Below the pieces are notes generated by a model that saw only the letters and a list, made by a program, of their open reading frames with translations, ran no database searches and was not told the DNA's origin. A program made the translations under genes and the position numbers. Below, piece by piece: positions 1-10,968 of a stretch of DNA of 38,038 nucleotides (its first letter is position 1; each line of letters starts with the position of its first letter). The stretch is from Microbotryum violaceum (lineage: Eukaryota): NCBI GenBank assembly GCA_001244265.2, contig CDLV01000007.1:2542001-2580038 (forward strand), given 5' to 3'.

Positions 1-2364
1 ATTCGCGAGATGCTCAAGGTAAAAGCATTACAGCTCAATTGCTTGCGACCGAATGTTCATCGGCTAACGAACATCCCCCTCCGCTTCCGTCTGCAGGAGT
101 ACCTCATCCTCCTGGCCCAGCTCGAGCACCAGTTCCTCAACTCGCCCGGGTTCACTCTACAACGCTTCTGGTTCTACCTCCACCCAACCCTCCACACCCT
201 TTCCCTCATCAATTCGCTCACACTCGACCTCGTCGCGCTCAGCATCCCGCCGGAAGAAGTCTCGTCTTCGGAGGAAAGCGGTGACTCGGACAGCTTCGTC
301 GGTAATGCTGCTTTACGCGACGTGCTCGCCGATATGGAAGGTGCGGTCAAGTCCGCTGCGAAAGCGGATCGAGCGAGTCGAGGCGAAGGCATCGCCAAAG
401 GCGGCGAAGTGCTCTTTGTCCTCTCGGAGAAACTCGATCGAACTGCGGGGGACCCTGCTGCAAGGGAACTTTATACGACTTTGCTTTTGCGTGCTAGTCA
501 ACCGTATGCGACGATCTTGCTCGGTTGGATCAGTACGGGCCACCTCTCGGACCCGTGGGACGAGTTCATCGTACGTGAGGACAAGAAGCAAACGCGCGAA
601 TCGATCGAAACGGATTTCACGAACGATTATTGGGAGAAGCGCTACAAGTTGCGCGACAACCTCAGCTCGGATGGACCTGCCGAACCGGTCGTGAATAGGA
701 ATATTCCGCCGAGGGAAAGGGGCTTGAGTGGAGGGCAGATCGTGCCGAGGTTCTTGGAGCCGTGGAAGGAGAAGGTTTTGCTGGCGGGCAAGTACTTGAA
801 TGTGTTGAGAGAGTGTGGGATCGATATCGAGTCCGCGAGTGGGGATTGGGCTAAAGGGCAATTGTTGACGCTCAATGATGAGAGGTGAGTCGTGATCGTC
901 ACAAGTCGGGTCAAGGCCTTCTCTTCTCTGCTCTTTTCTGACCCGACCACGAGGATGCCGTCCACAGCTTCTTCAGACGCATCAACGAGGCGTACACGTA
1001 CGCGAACAAGGCTCTGCTCAAGCTCTTGCTCGAACAGGAACACCTCTTAACGCGACTACGATCACTGAAGCAGTACTTCTTCATCGACCACGGCGACGCC
1101 TTTACGCATTTCCTCGACCTTGCAAGTCTCGAATTGCACAAATCGCGGCATTCGGCCTCGGATGAGAAGTTGCAGTCGTTGTTTGAGCTCGCGTTGCGGA
1201 ACCCTTGTTCGGCTTCGGCGGTAGATCCGTTCAAAGATGACTTGATCGTCGTGTTGGCGAAGAAGACGTTGACGGAGATGCTGGTCAAAATTTTAAAGGA
1301 GGATGGAAAATTGGTTGATGCTTCGGAGGGGAAGAAGAATGCGAGGGACAAGGAAGACGATAAGAAGGACAAGAACTTTTTGGGTGATTTTTTTTTCAGG
1401 ACCGCAGTCGGCGATCGTAGGCGTAGGTGCACGATTTGGCTGACTCTACCCATCTCACAGCCCACCAAGCGATCACACTCGAGTACCACGCCAAGTTTCC
1501 TCTCTCACTGGTCATCTCACGCAACACGATCACGCACTATCAGTTCCTATTCCGTCACCTGCTCCAACTCAAGCACACCGAACGCGTCCTCGCAGAGATG
1601 TGGACCGAGCTCGCCAAATCCCCGTCCTGGCGCGTTCGCTCTCCCTATCCCGAACTCGAACAATGGAAACAGCGGGTATTCGGTCTGCGTGCGCGCATGT
1701 TCGCGTTCGTACAGCAGATGTACTCGTTCACCGTTAGCGAGGTGTTGGATGTCAATTGGGCCGTGTTGGAGAGGAAGTTGGCCAAGGTCGAGACGGTGGA
1801 TCAGTTGTTGAGCGATCATGTCGATTTCTTGGCGACTTGTTTGAAGGAGTGCTCGATGACGAATGAGAAGTTGCTGGTGGTGAGTTTCGAGGACGGTTTT
1901 CGGATGTAAACAATTGTGGATCGATTTGCAGGTTTGCTGATCTTGTCGAATATTCGGGGTTATCCACTTTGTTCTGCTCAGATTCATTCCAAGTTGCTCG
2001 AAGTGTGCACGCGCTTCCCTCCTTACGTCGCCAAGTTTACCGACGCGATTGAGATGTCGCTCGCTTCGGCCGAACGTCACAGCAAGGATTGGTCCCAAGT
2101 TGGTTTCAAGAAACAATGGGATACGCTCGCTTCGTGAGTCATTCGATGACGCACGAGCTGGAGAGAGAGAGAGAGAGAACTTTGCACTGATCTCTTTTCG
2201 GATGAATTGATGCGATGGCTACTCATAGGTTTGAACAGCACTTTAATCACCACACCAAGGCGAATCTTGATCGGTTGTCGTTTCATGCGACCAAGGAGAA
2301 TCCGGCGTTGTTGCCTTTGGTGGTCAGATTGAGTAATCTCAAGGTGCCGAGTTTGCCGGTCTGA
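1..2364 (+). CDS. SPC97: Gamma-tubulin complex component 2 (Spc97/Alp4/GCP2), multi-exon, 5' end outside window
   Basis: Motifs ASQPY..W...G.L.DPWDEF, DYWEKRYKLR, KVLLAGKYLNVLRECG, LRSLKQYFFIDHGDAFTHFLDLA, FPLSLVISR...YQFLFRHLLQLKH, VDQLLSDHVDFLATCLKEC. GT-AG introns at 19-96 and 885-967 plus others. Last exon ends LPV-TGA at 2364. Confidence 0.93.
2161..2178. repeat. (GA)n microsatellite in a GCP2 intron
   Basis: gagagagagagagagaga seen directly. Confidence 0.85.
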
Positions 2365-2687
2365 GGTGTTGTGGGTTTGGATTGGGAAAGACGGTTTGTT
2401 TTGACTCACTTGTGTAGGGTGTCGATTACGTTCGTAATGGGTTTGTTTTGTTTGTGTTGTAGTAATTTCAGCATATCTCGGAAACCGGCGTGACTTGAAA
2501 GAGCGTGGGACTAGTTGAAAGAGTCAGAATTGGAAATTACTTTTGGTCATTTTCGGAATACGCCGGTCGCACGCTGACGCGCTTACTCTTCCCTCCCTTT
2601 CCCCCTTCCCCCCCACCCCACCCCAACACGCCGATTGCCGCTCGAATCGATTTCAACTTTACGCCTTCCCACACAACCCTTTCAAGC

Positions 2688-3105
2688 ATGTCCTTCGGCC
2701 GACCAGGGAATGCCTCGATCTCCTTTTCTGCTACTGCTCCGGGTACGTTGTAGTAGTTTTGATGAGGTGAGTTGCAAGCTCGAGCGAACGCTGATGCCGA
2801 TCAACGGTTGCGAACCTTCTCGCGTGGGTGGGTGGGGGATCCTCATTAGAAAGAGGCTCTTTCCCCTTAGATCATGAAGGTTAGTCCTCCTCCTCCCTCT
2901 CATCCACTAGAGGGAAAAATTGGGACCTTTAATTGATTCCCGACCCTCTGGATGCACGGTCGAGAGTAGGGGAATGTAAAAGTTTCATGATTCGTTACCT
3001 CGAATGTATGAAGGAGAGTAAACAAACTTCCACAGCTTGTCGGGGTTTGAGTAAGCAGTATTTGGAATGTAGGATGCAGAGGTAGGTCCGGTTTTCTTTC
3101 TTTTT

Positions 3106-3144
<39 letters not shown>

Positions 3145-3425
3145 TGTGTGTTTGTTGTAGGGTGTGTGGATGGGAGTTGGTCACAAAAGAAGAAAAGGGA
3201 GCAAGGCTGATGTTGGGGAGTGAGTGTACGTGCAGGGGTTTGATGGAGAAAGTCGAATGGGAGGATTTGGGCTTTCATGGTGATGAACAAGGGGCGGAAG
3301 CGAAGGTGGTTGGGGAGACTGCGGGGGCGCAACCGACGAAGAGGAGTACACATGGACCACCGCCGACAACGACATTGCAAGGAGAGGGGACAGAGACAGG
3401 GACAGGGATAGGGAGGCAGGTCTAG
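2688..3425 (+). CDS. COX19: Cytochrome c oxidase assembly protein Cox19 (twin CX9C), 4 exons
   Basis: Spliced product MSFGRPGNASISFSATAP-ERGSFPLDHEG-ECKSFMIRYLECMKESKQTSTACRGLSKQYLECRMQR-GLMEKVEWEDLGF..., with the GSFPLDH motif and twin CX9C. Confidence 0.93.
3108..3143. repeat. ~36-nt poly(T) tract in COX19 intron 3
   Basis: Seen directly; it explains the spurious poly-K ORFs on the minus strand. Confidence 0.9.
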
Positions 3426-3919
3426 CTCCGAGGAGGAGGAGGGATTGGCGTGGAATGGGTGGTGAGAGGGTGTGGCGTGGAAAGTACTCAGTACCTTTAT
3501 GCTTGGAATATGCTTTGTATCTACAAGTCTTCTCAGCAGAACTGGTTCACTGGATGATTCGGTCGCTGACGAGTACGTTTCAGACGAAGCCCTCGGCACA
3601 AAAAAAAGTTTGGATGATCGCCGGGTAGCTTCAGCGCCGAACAAGGGATCAGTTCGCGGAGAGCTATGCCCCTACGCAACTCGATGCTACTTTGCAATCT
3701 GCCCTGATCTGATCCAGAGTATTTTGACGGGGCGTCGATCTCGGCTGCTTCGCCCGCTGAATTCGAAGCTCTGATCCGATCCTGTCCGATCTTGTCCGAT
3801 CACTCGACCGTTCATTCGCCCTTTCGCCCAGCCCGATCGCGTCCGCGTTCGCGCCCGCTTCTCGTCTTTCTATCGCTGACCTTCCTCAGCCCCCCCCCCC
3901 CCACGCGGACACAGCACCG

Positions 3920-5531
3920 ATGGCGTCATCATCCTCACTCGTACTAGATGAGGCGCGGTTGCTCTTGTCCCGGACGTTGTTCCCCATCTTCCTACTCGCG
4001 CCGATGACGACGACCGTCCAAGAACAGTCACGCATCCAGCTCGTACGCCACTTGTTACAACAGTCGTGGAGTTGGAAACCGTTCAACAAGGTACGTTCGG
4101 GTTTCAGCTCGAGCTGTATAGGCAGGAGGAATGCTCAAAATAGGGCTCGGGCGTGCACTGCAGGCGCCATCAAGTTCGAGCACGGTCGAGCTGGTCACGT
4201 CCTATTTACTTTCCTTGCTGGCGTACCCATTCTATCGGTCGGATCCAGAAGTGGATCTGGCTGCGACACGTACGTTCATACACTCCAAAGCGACGAGCTG
4301 TCTTACAAAAACCAAACCTGAAGCTGCCTTTTCCTCCTGCCTCCAGTCCGAGTCGTGCTCTCTCTGCTCTCGGCCCTCTCGAGCATATGGCTCGCGCGGA
4401 GAATACGACCCACGTTCGGGACTAGGACTGCCAAGTATTACTTGGTGTTTGAGGCGACGCAGCTGTTGGCGACGAGGGAGATGACCAGGTTGGACGGGGT
4501 GTCGTGGGCGGTGCCGCTGGGTGAGTTTGTGAGATGGGGAAAGGGGGGGGAGGCCGATCCGATCCTTGGACTGAGAGCTCTCGCTTGTTTTGACAGTTCG
4601 AATCGCATCCGCACTCCTCATAAACCCACGTCTCCCAAGTCCACTGGACGCCGACGACCGACCCCGTAACGCATCGAACAAGATACGGTCACTCGACACC
4701 CTCCTCGGATTGGGTTTACTCGGTCTTGCGAGTGTGATGCTGTGTCCGGCGTTGATCGCGCTGTTGGTGCCGAGTTTGTGGAATGCTTGGTCGAGTGGAT
4801 TGGTGGATGGAATGCAGGTATCGGGGATTGTAGGGGGGTTGATTGGGGTCGACGCAGGTGAGTGAGCTTCCAATTCGACGGCTGCTTCGTTTCGTAAAGT
4901 GGCGACCCTGATCCGGATTTTCAATTCCCACCTCTCTAGCTCTGACAACTCTCACAAACCACCCCTCCTCCTCTCCCTCCCACAGCCTCTCCACACTCCC
5001 CACCCGTATATCTCACCTCTTCTCCACCTCGCAAAACTTCCACCACTCCTCCCTCTTCCTCCCCTATTTAACCCACCTAGGCCCAACCCTCCTCTTCTCC
5101 ACCCTCTCTTTCCTCGTCGATAAAAGATGTCGAAAACTCCTCGGAACCACCATCATAGCTTTACTAAGCTTACATTATTTCACTTCGTTGGGTTTGGGCG
5201 AAGAGGAGGATATGATGAAGAGGGTTAGGATTTGGGTTTTGGTTAGTTCGACCGCTTGTGGAGTTTGTGCGGCTAGTAGCGCGAGGGTAGTTGGGATTAT
5301 GTGAGTACTGGATTGGACTGTTTATGAAGGGAGGGGGTTGAGGAGAAAAGCCAAGAAGGGAGTGGAGGGGATATTGATCTTGTGTGTTTGTGCGTCGCGG
5401 TCATGGGGCTTTCCTTTTTCGTTCTTCTTTCTCTTAGGTTCGGCACGACGGCGCAGAATTTGATCTTGGGGAGCGTCATCGCGGGAAATTTGTATTTGGC
5501 TTTTATGAGTAAGGCTAGCGCGACGGTGTAA
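3920..5531 (+). CDS. Diverged, C-terminally truncated ALG12-like (GT22 / GT-C fold) multi-pass membrane protein, ~6 exons
   Basis: Exons approx. 3920-4090, 4164-4269, 4347-4520, 4597-4857, 4940-5300, 5438-5531 join in frame with GT-AG. Segments LLAPMTTTVQEQSRIQLVRHLL, RVVLSLLSALSSIWLARRIRPTFGTRTAKYYLVFEATQ..TR, LIGVDA and SFLVDKRCRKLL occur in the order of the Alg12 blocks as I recall them. Confidence 0.6.
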
Positions 5532-5836
5532 AAACTTCAAGTTGGAGCTTAGAGTATAAGAAGGGTTATTGGAGGGGTTGATTTGAGGAGAACGTTTGAG
5601 TTGATTACGAGATTTGGGAGGAAGGGGGAATCATAAAACGCAAGAGTAGAGCCACTGTGACTAAATTTACGATATGTAACCCCTTCTACACAACCACAAC
5701 ACCAACCCCTTTTTCTGAAAATACCAAACGAAACCCTCGGTGCTTTCCCACGTAGAAAAATGTGCTTCCTCCCCCTCCCATATCATCATATCATCCGCGA
5801 GGAAGATCTGTATCGGCTTGTGTTCCCAGTGCATGT

Positions 5837-6954
5837 TCAATTCGTACTACTACTACTACCGTTGTTGCTGGTCGTGAAGGTTGGTTTGTAATTCGGTTCA
5901 CGGCGCGAGATGAATCTTGGAATCATCCAATTTGAGCAAGAGGGAAAAGAGAGAGAAAAAAGTGGGAGGTTCAGGGCCTTTTTCTTTCTGATGAATATTA
6001 GGGGGTTATGACCTTCTGTGGGACTTACTTGAGTAGATCGTCAGGTGTGACTACGCCGAGCACGAATTTACGTTCTGGTTCGGGTTGGACAAGGAAAAGG
6101 AATCCCACCCCCAAGGGTTTCAGTTAAATTTGTTGCCAAAGTTGGTTTTTCAATTTCGGTTCGCGGTGGATGGGCGAAGCGCCTACCTTGATCAGTCACT
6201 AATGCGAAAGTGACGTTCCGTGTTTGACCTTGAGTGAAAAACGCTTCGAGTTCTTCCAAAGGTGTGTTGGGGGTGATGACTGATGGTACGAGGTAGGAGA
6301 GTGAGAGTAGGTCAGCTCGAGTCCAAAGGGGGGGGGGGACACAGCGGTAGAAACGGACCTTGATAATCCCCTTCTTTCCTAAACCTCGTTACTGCAGACG
6401 CTACTGCATTCTTGGTCGACGAAGATGTGGTGCCGGAAGAGGTCGGTGTAGTTTCCTCCGAGTTCGAATTGGGTCGTTCGAGAATGGAAGAGAGGTTAGA
6501 TTGACCGGAGATGAGGCCCGAGGCGACTTGAGTTTGGAGCGCTTGGGAGGAGAGCCAGCCTTGTAGACGACGGGTCGAGGGATGGGAAATGGGGATGATA
6601 CTGCGGGTTAGGTAAAGGGAGACGATGTGAGTGTTGTTAGGTGGGACGAGGAAAGTGGGGGTGAGAGAGGAGGAAGTGACTGACGAGAATTCTCGTTCGA
6701 AAGCCACTTGTGGAGAAGATGGGAGTTTTTCAGTTCGTGTATCGCAGCAGTGATCAGAGTAATCTACGAGGACGTGTACTCACTCTGCAATGCGACATCG
6801 ACGGTCGTATCACTCGACAGCACCAACGCGGGCGACAGCTGCCAGAGTGAATGAAATCCGACGGTTTAGCCACGCAACACACCTGCGCCCGTACGAGGAT
6901 GCACTGGCAGCTCACCTGGAGATCTTCGACAACCGCTCCTCGGTAGGCTGCCAT
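5837..6954 (-). CDS. Small fungal CBS-domain protein, multi-exon
   Basis: Spliced product MAAYRGAVVEDLQ-LSPALVLSSDTTVDVALQ-AFEREFS..RRLQGWL...-VITPNTPLEELEAFF..FALVTDQ-ERKFVLGVVTPDDLLK-FISRR, matching the conserved YRGAVVEDL CBS-pair family. Confidence 0.8.
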
Positions 6955-7160
6955 GCTGGAATGGTGGGGGATGGTGGCTGCTAGGAAGGAGGCCAGACGG
7001 CGAGGGGAGGCGACGAAGCAACTTGGGGAGCGGTATGGTCCTACTACAGCGGGGGAAGGTCCGGAGAGAGCAAGCACCTGACCAAGCTTGGGTCGGGAAA
7101 GCACGGCGACCGTACTACTCAAGAGTCGGGAAGGATCTCGATTAGTAATCGGTCGGGCGG

Positions 7161-7261
7161 CTATTAGGTCGACGCTTATTAGAAAGTCGACGATTTGCGC
7201 GCGCGCCTGACTCGAAGGAGGAACGTTAATAGGCCGAGACTAATAGGCCGAGACTAATAGG
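7161..7261. promoter_or_regulatory. Divergent promoter (CBS gene / SQT1) with 14-bp tandem repeat and TAATAG motifs in both orientations
   Basis: TAATAGGCCGAGAC x2 plus TAATAGG at 7227-7261; CTATTAG at 7161 and CTTATTAG at 7175; lies between ATGs at 6954 (-) and 7368 (+). Confidence 0.45.
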
Positions 7262-7367
7262 GCGCGCTTGGAATTGCTTTCGTCATCATCGCCGCGCTCG
7301 TCTTCGCCCTTCTCTCTCCCCTTCTCCTTCAACTCGACCCACCCACTTGGATCCGGATCCGGCGACG

Positions 7368-9072
7368 ATGAGTCATCTTCCCAAGGACCACAAGCTCAGC
7401 GGCCAACAAGCGCAAGAGCAACCGGAAGAAGAAGACCAAGCTGAATTCGTAGCGGACGAGGACGTTGTCGAAGTGGAGGAACTGCAGATCGAGGGTCAAG
7501 AAGGGGACGAGCCCATGGACGATGAGGATGAACATGGCAACGAGGATGAAGACGCTGCAAACCAATTGTTGCAGAACGGTTTCGACGATTCGGCGTTGAC
7601 CTTTTCCGAACACCAAGGCGCCGTCTTTGTCGTCTGCCTTCATCCGACGAGGCAGCATATCGCCGTCTCGGGTGGCGAGGACGATCTCGGTCTCTTGTTC
7701 GATACCAACTCGGGCGAGGTGCTGCAGCGGTTGGAAGGGCATACCGACTCCGTCACGAGTGTCGGTTTCAGCTTTGATGGCGAACTCGTCGCGACCGGCG
7801 GCATGGACGGTAAAGTTAGGGTGTGGGGGAGGCAGAAGCACGCCGGTGTAGCCGACGAATTCACAAACTGGGCCTTGGTTCAGGACTTGGAAGGGCCGAA
7901 TGAAGTTAATGTGCGTTGTGCGTTTGAGCGCGGGGAGAAAAGGAACGAGCACTGACTGACTCATCTCCTCGGCCGTAAAACGGTAACGCAGTGGATCGAC
8001 TGGCACCCCAAGGGAAACTTTTTGATCGCCGGTGGTGCAGACGGAACAGTATGGATGTGGAAGTGTGAGTTCCCTCAGAGCAGCTCCATCTTCAGAGCAA
8101 TCCAACTAACTGTGCTCCCGAGGCGTTTGGCAGTGCCGAGCGGCGAGGTCGTGCATGTGCTTTCGGGCCATACAACTCCGGTAACGTGCGGAAAGTGGAC
8201 ACCAGACGGTACATTCATTATGAAACTGACTGAACTGTGTGTTTGTACCTGATGTGCTGACACGTTCCCCACTCGTCACCCCCCTCACACCTCCTAGGCA
8301 AGAAATTCGTGACCTGCTCCGAGGACTCGACCATGATCCTCTGGGACCCGCGCAACGGCGATCAACTTCACAAGCTCTCCCCTCCGACGCCCGCTTCCGT
8401 CTCGACGGCGGCGTCAACTGTATCGCCATCAACCCTGCTGCCACAGTTGCCATTCTCGGAGGAGCTGAAGGTGGACTGAGAGCGATCAACCTGGTGGCGG
8501 GGACGGTGTTGGCGCAGATGCAGGGGCATGAGGAAGGTACCTCGGTCGAACAGGTCGCGTTTAGTGAGGTGCCCGCAGTCGGAAGTGTTAGTGTCATGGT
8601 CGTCGTTAGCGTAGGAACCGATGGGAGGGTGTGTACTTGGGAAGCGAACTCGTTCAAATTGAGGAGTACGGGTAAACATGAGGTGCGTTTTCAGGGGCGT
8701 CGTCCTCGTCGATCAAAACCAGAATCAGGTCCGTACGCTGGAATCCGTTTACTGATCGAGGCGTCCTTCTTTTACACATAGGACGCGGTCACCTCCCTAG
8801 CCTTCTCCCCCAACACGACCACCTTCGTCACCGGATCCGCGGACCACACCTTGAAAATTTGGGACTACCGAAGAGGGACGTGCGAGAAGACGCTGCTAGG
8901 TCATAGGGATGTCGTGCATGCTTGTTCGGTCAGTCAGGATGGTCGGTTAGTGGTTAGTGCGGGAGAGGATGGCGAAGTGAAGGTTTTCAAACCGTTTGAG
9001 GAGAGAAAGGATCCGCTTGCTCTGGAGGAGGGGGAGGGCGAGGGAGAGGGGGATGAGGTGATGAAGGAGTAG
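7368..9072 (+). CDS. SQT1: WD40 ribosome assembly chaperone Sqt1 (AAMP family); apparent 1-nt deletion near 8379-8382
   Basis: Acidic N-terminus, HP..IAVSGGEDD, GHTDSVTSVGFSFDGELVATGGMDGKVRVW, LEGPNEV.WIDWHPKGN, AGGADGTVWMW, final WD repeats LLGHRDVV...SAGEDG. Confidence 0.88.
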
Positions 9073-9764
9073 AGAGAGTGGAGCGGTGGGGAGGAGTAAG
9101 GGTGTTTGTATTTTGGATTGGGGATGGAATAGAATAAAGTATCGGCCTATCGGACGTAGGAAGTGGACGCTGAACGCGTGAGTTTCGTAAGTCGCCCAAG
9201 CTAAATCGCACTTCCACACTCTCGAGATCAATGCTAAAGTCGAAGGACGTTGATGAAAATCGGCGCTCAGAGACTCGAGGTGAGAAAGTAGCATCAGGCC
9301 CCACGTTGAAGCTGTCAAATCTCTGATAAGGAACCGCCAGTTCATGCGTGAGTTGGTCACGAGTCGGCGCTTACTCGAGAGCGAGTCGCCAGAAGGGAGT
9401 CGTGCCCGACTCGCACGCGTAGTACTAAGTCGTGTCCCGAGTCTGCTCCACTGGGTGACGGCGAAGTCGGAGGAGAGTCGACAGAATCGGATGTAATCGA
9501 TTGCCTTTATCCGCAACACCGACTCGTTGTTCCTCGCCATGCCCGCCCACCCTCACACGTGAATCTCCGAACGTCCCAGCTGAGGCCGATCAGAAGTTGC
9601 GATATTTTCAGACTCGACGGGTTTTTGACACGGCAATGAGGTCACAGATCCTGTATTGACTATTGACATGCAGAAGAAAGAGGAGAATACCAGAACGAAC
9701 AGACTATATGAACACAAGCAATAAAGCAGCGACAATGGAAACTATCTTCGGTGCGCCCGCTTCT

Positions 9765-10825
9765 TCAACCGCCGGCCTTCGCGGGCGCATCAGGCCTTTT
9801 ACAAGCCCGCAATCGCCTGTGATTGGCGGGAATTTTCGGTGTCAGAGATTGGTATACAGAGATTTGGGATGCTCCTTCAAGTTCTCCAGTCTGTCGAGGA
9901 ACAAGGTTCGAAAGTCGAGGGAGTCGTGCGACCAAGACGATGATCGGATGAGGCGAACCACGAGTGTCTTACCTTCGCCGACGTCGCGAACGTACGAGAG
10001 ACTATCTTCGAATTCATGTTCCAAGACCATTTCCGGACGAAAGCAAGACGGGCCTGGGGGTTGTCGGATTTCGGCTTTTTCTTTTCGACTACATGTCGTT
10101 TTGCGCGGCTGAGCCCTCCTCCGTCAAAGCCGCGACGGCCCCCTCCTGGCGGCAGGCCGTTGGACATTCGACAACAGAGTGGTGGGGGACGTACCTTGTG
10201 TTTTGCGTTGGGGGTTCGATCCAGAGCTCGAAGTATCGCTATTCGCTGCTGGGATCCTCTTCTCGAGCAGCTCGTTGAGCTGGCGGTAGCCTTCGCAGAG
10301 TTGAAGCAGAAGGTTGCAGTGCACGGGATTATGGAGAAGCTCGTCGTGCGTAGCCAACATAATGATTTTCATTCTGGAGGTCGAGTTTTTGTCTTGGAGC
10401 TCCTCGAATCCCCTATCCTCTGGCTTGGAGGTAGACACGACAGACTATGGAAGTGGAAGTGCCTCGACTTTCGGCGCCGCGTTCGGTTCGGACTAGTCCG
10501 GTTGAGTCTTCTTGAACAGGTCGATGGGCTCGGGTCGGGTTCGCGACCATATGATGGCCCGCTCGAGCTCGTCGGGAACGGGTGCACCGCGCCGGAGCAA
10601 TCCCTCGTAGTACGCGACGTCTTCTTTGCGGTGGTTGTAAATCGTTGACTTCGCGGCGGCACGACCGCCCTTCTTCAAGTCACACGCGTTGAGGTAGCGA
10701 CAACGAAATCGTGTCGAGCCACCGCCCTGAGAGTTCTGAGCGATTCAATGAAACAGTGGCCAGGACGTTAGAGACGTCGAACCGATGTCATAGCTTGTTG
10801 TACTCACTGAAGAGATCCGCGGCAT
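9765..10825 (-). pseudogene. Spliced orphan gene with two in-frame TAG stops and an N-terminal C-x5-C...STIYNH motif
   Basis: Exons 10825-10808, 10735-10195, 10145-9973 and 9890-9765 join in phase with GTGAGT/GTACGT/GTAAGA donors and CAG acceptors. TAG at 10493-10495 and 10445-10447 interrupt exon 2. Confidence 0.5.
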
Positions 10826-10906
10826 TTTGCTCGCGAGGTAGCGCAGTGGTGCGACCGAAGAGTAAGACGAGCCGAGCGTGGCGGTCGAGTTCGAGCCACG
10901 TCCTCA

Positions 10907-10968
10907 CCTTGCGCCTTTTTGACGACTCCTTGCGCGTCCTTGCGCCGACCTTGCGAGACCTTGCGCGC
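10907..10968. repeat. Cluster of five CCTTGCG motifs upstream of the orphan pseudogene
   Basis: ccttgcgcc, ccttgcgcg, ccttgcgcc, ccttgcgag and ccttgcgcg within ~60 bp. Confidence 0.55.

Noticed and set aside
2900-3644. Poly-lysine ORFs on the minus strand
   Set aside because: They are antisense translations of the intronic poly(T) tract in COX19.
8947-9540. 197-aa minus-strand ORF
   Set aside because: Overlaps the SQT1 3' end antisense and has no recognisable motif.
10445-10495. TAG reassignment or alternative genetic code
   Set aside because: Conserved genes here (COX19, SQT1, aminopeptidase P, bHLH) terminate normally at TAG.
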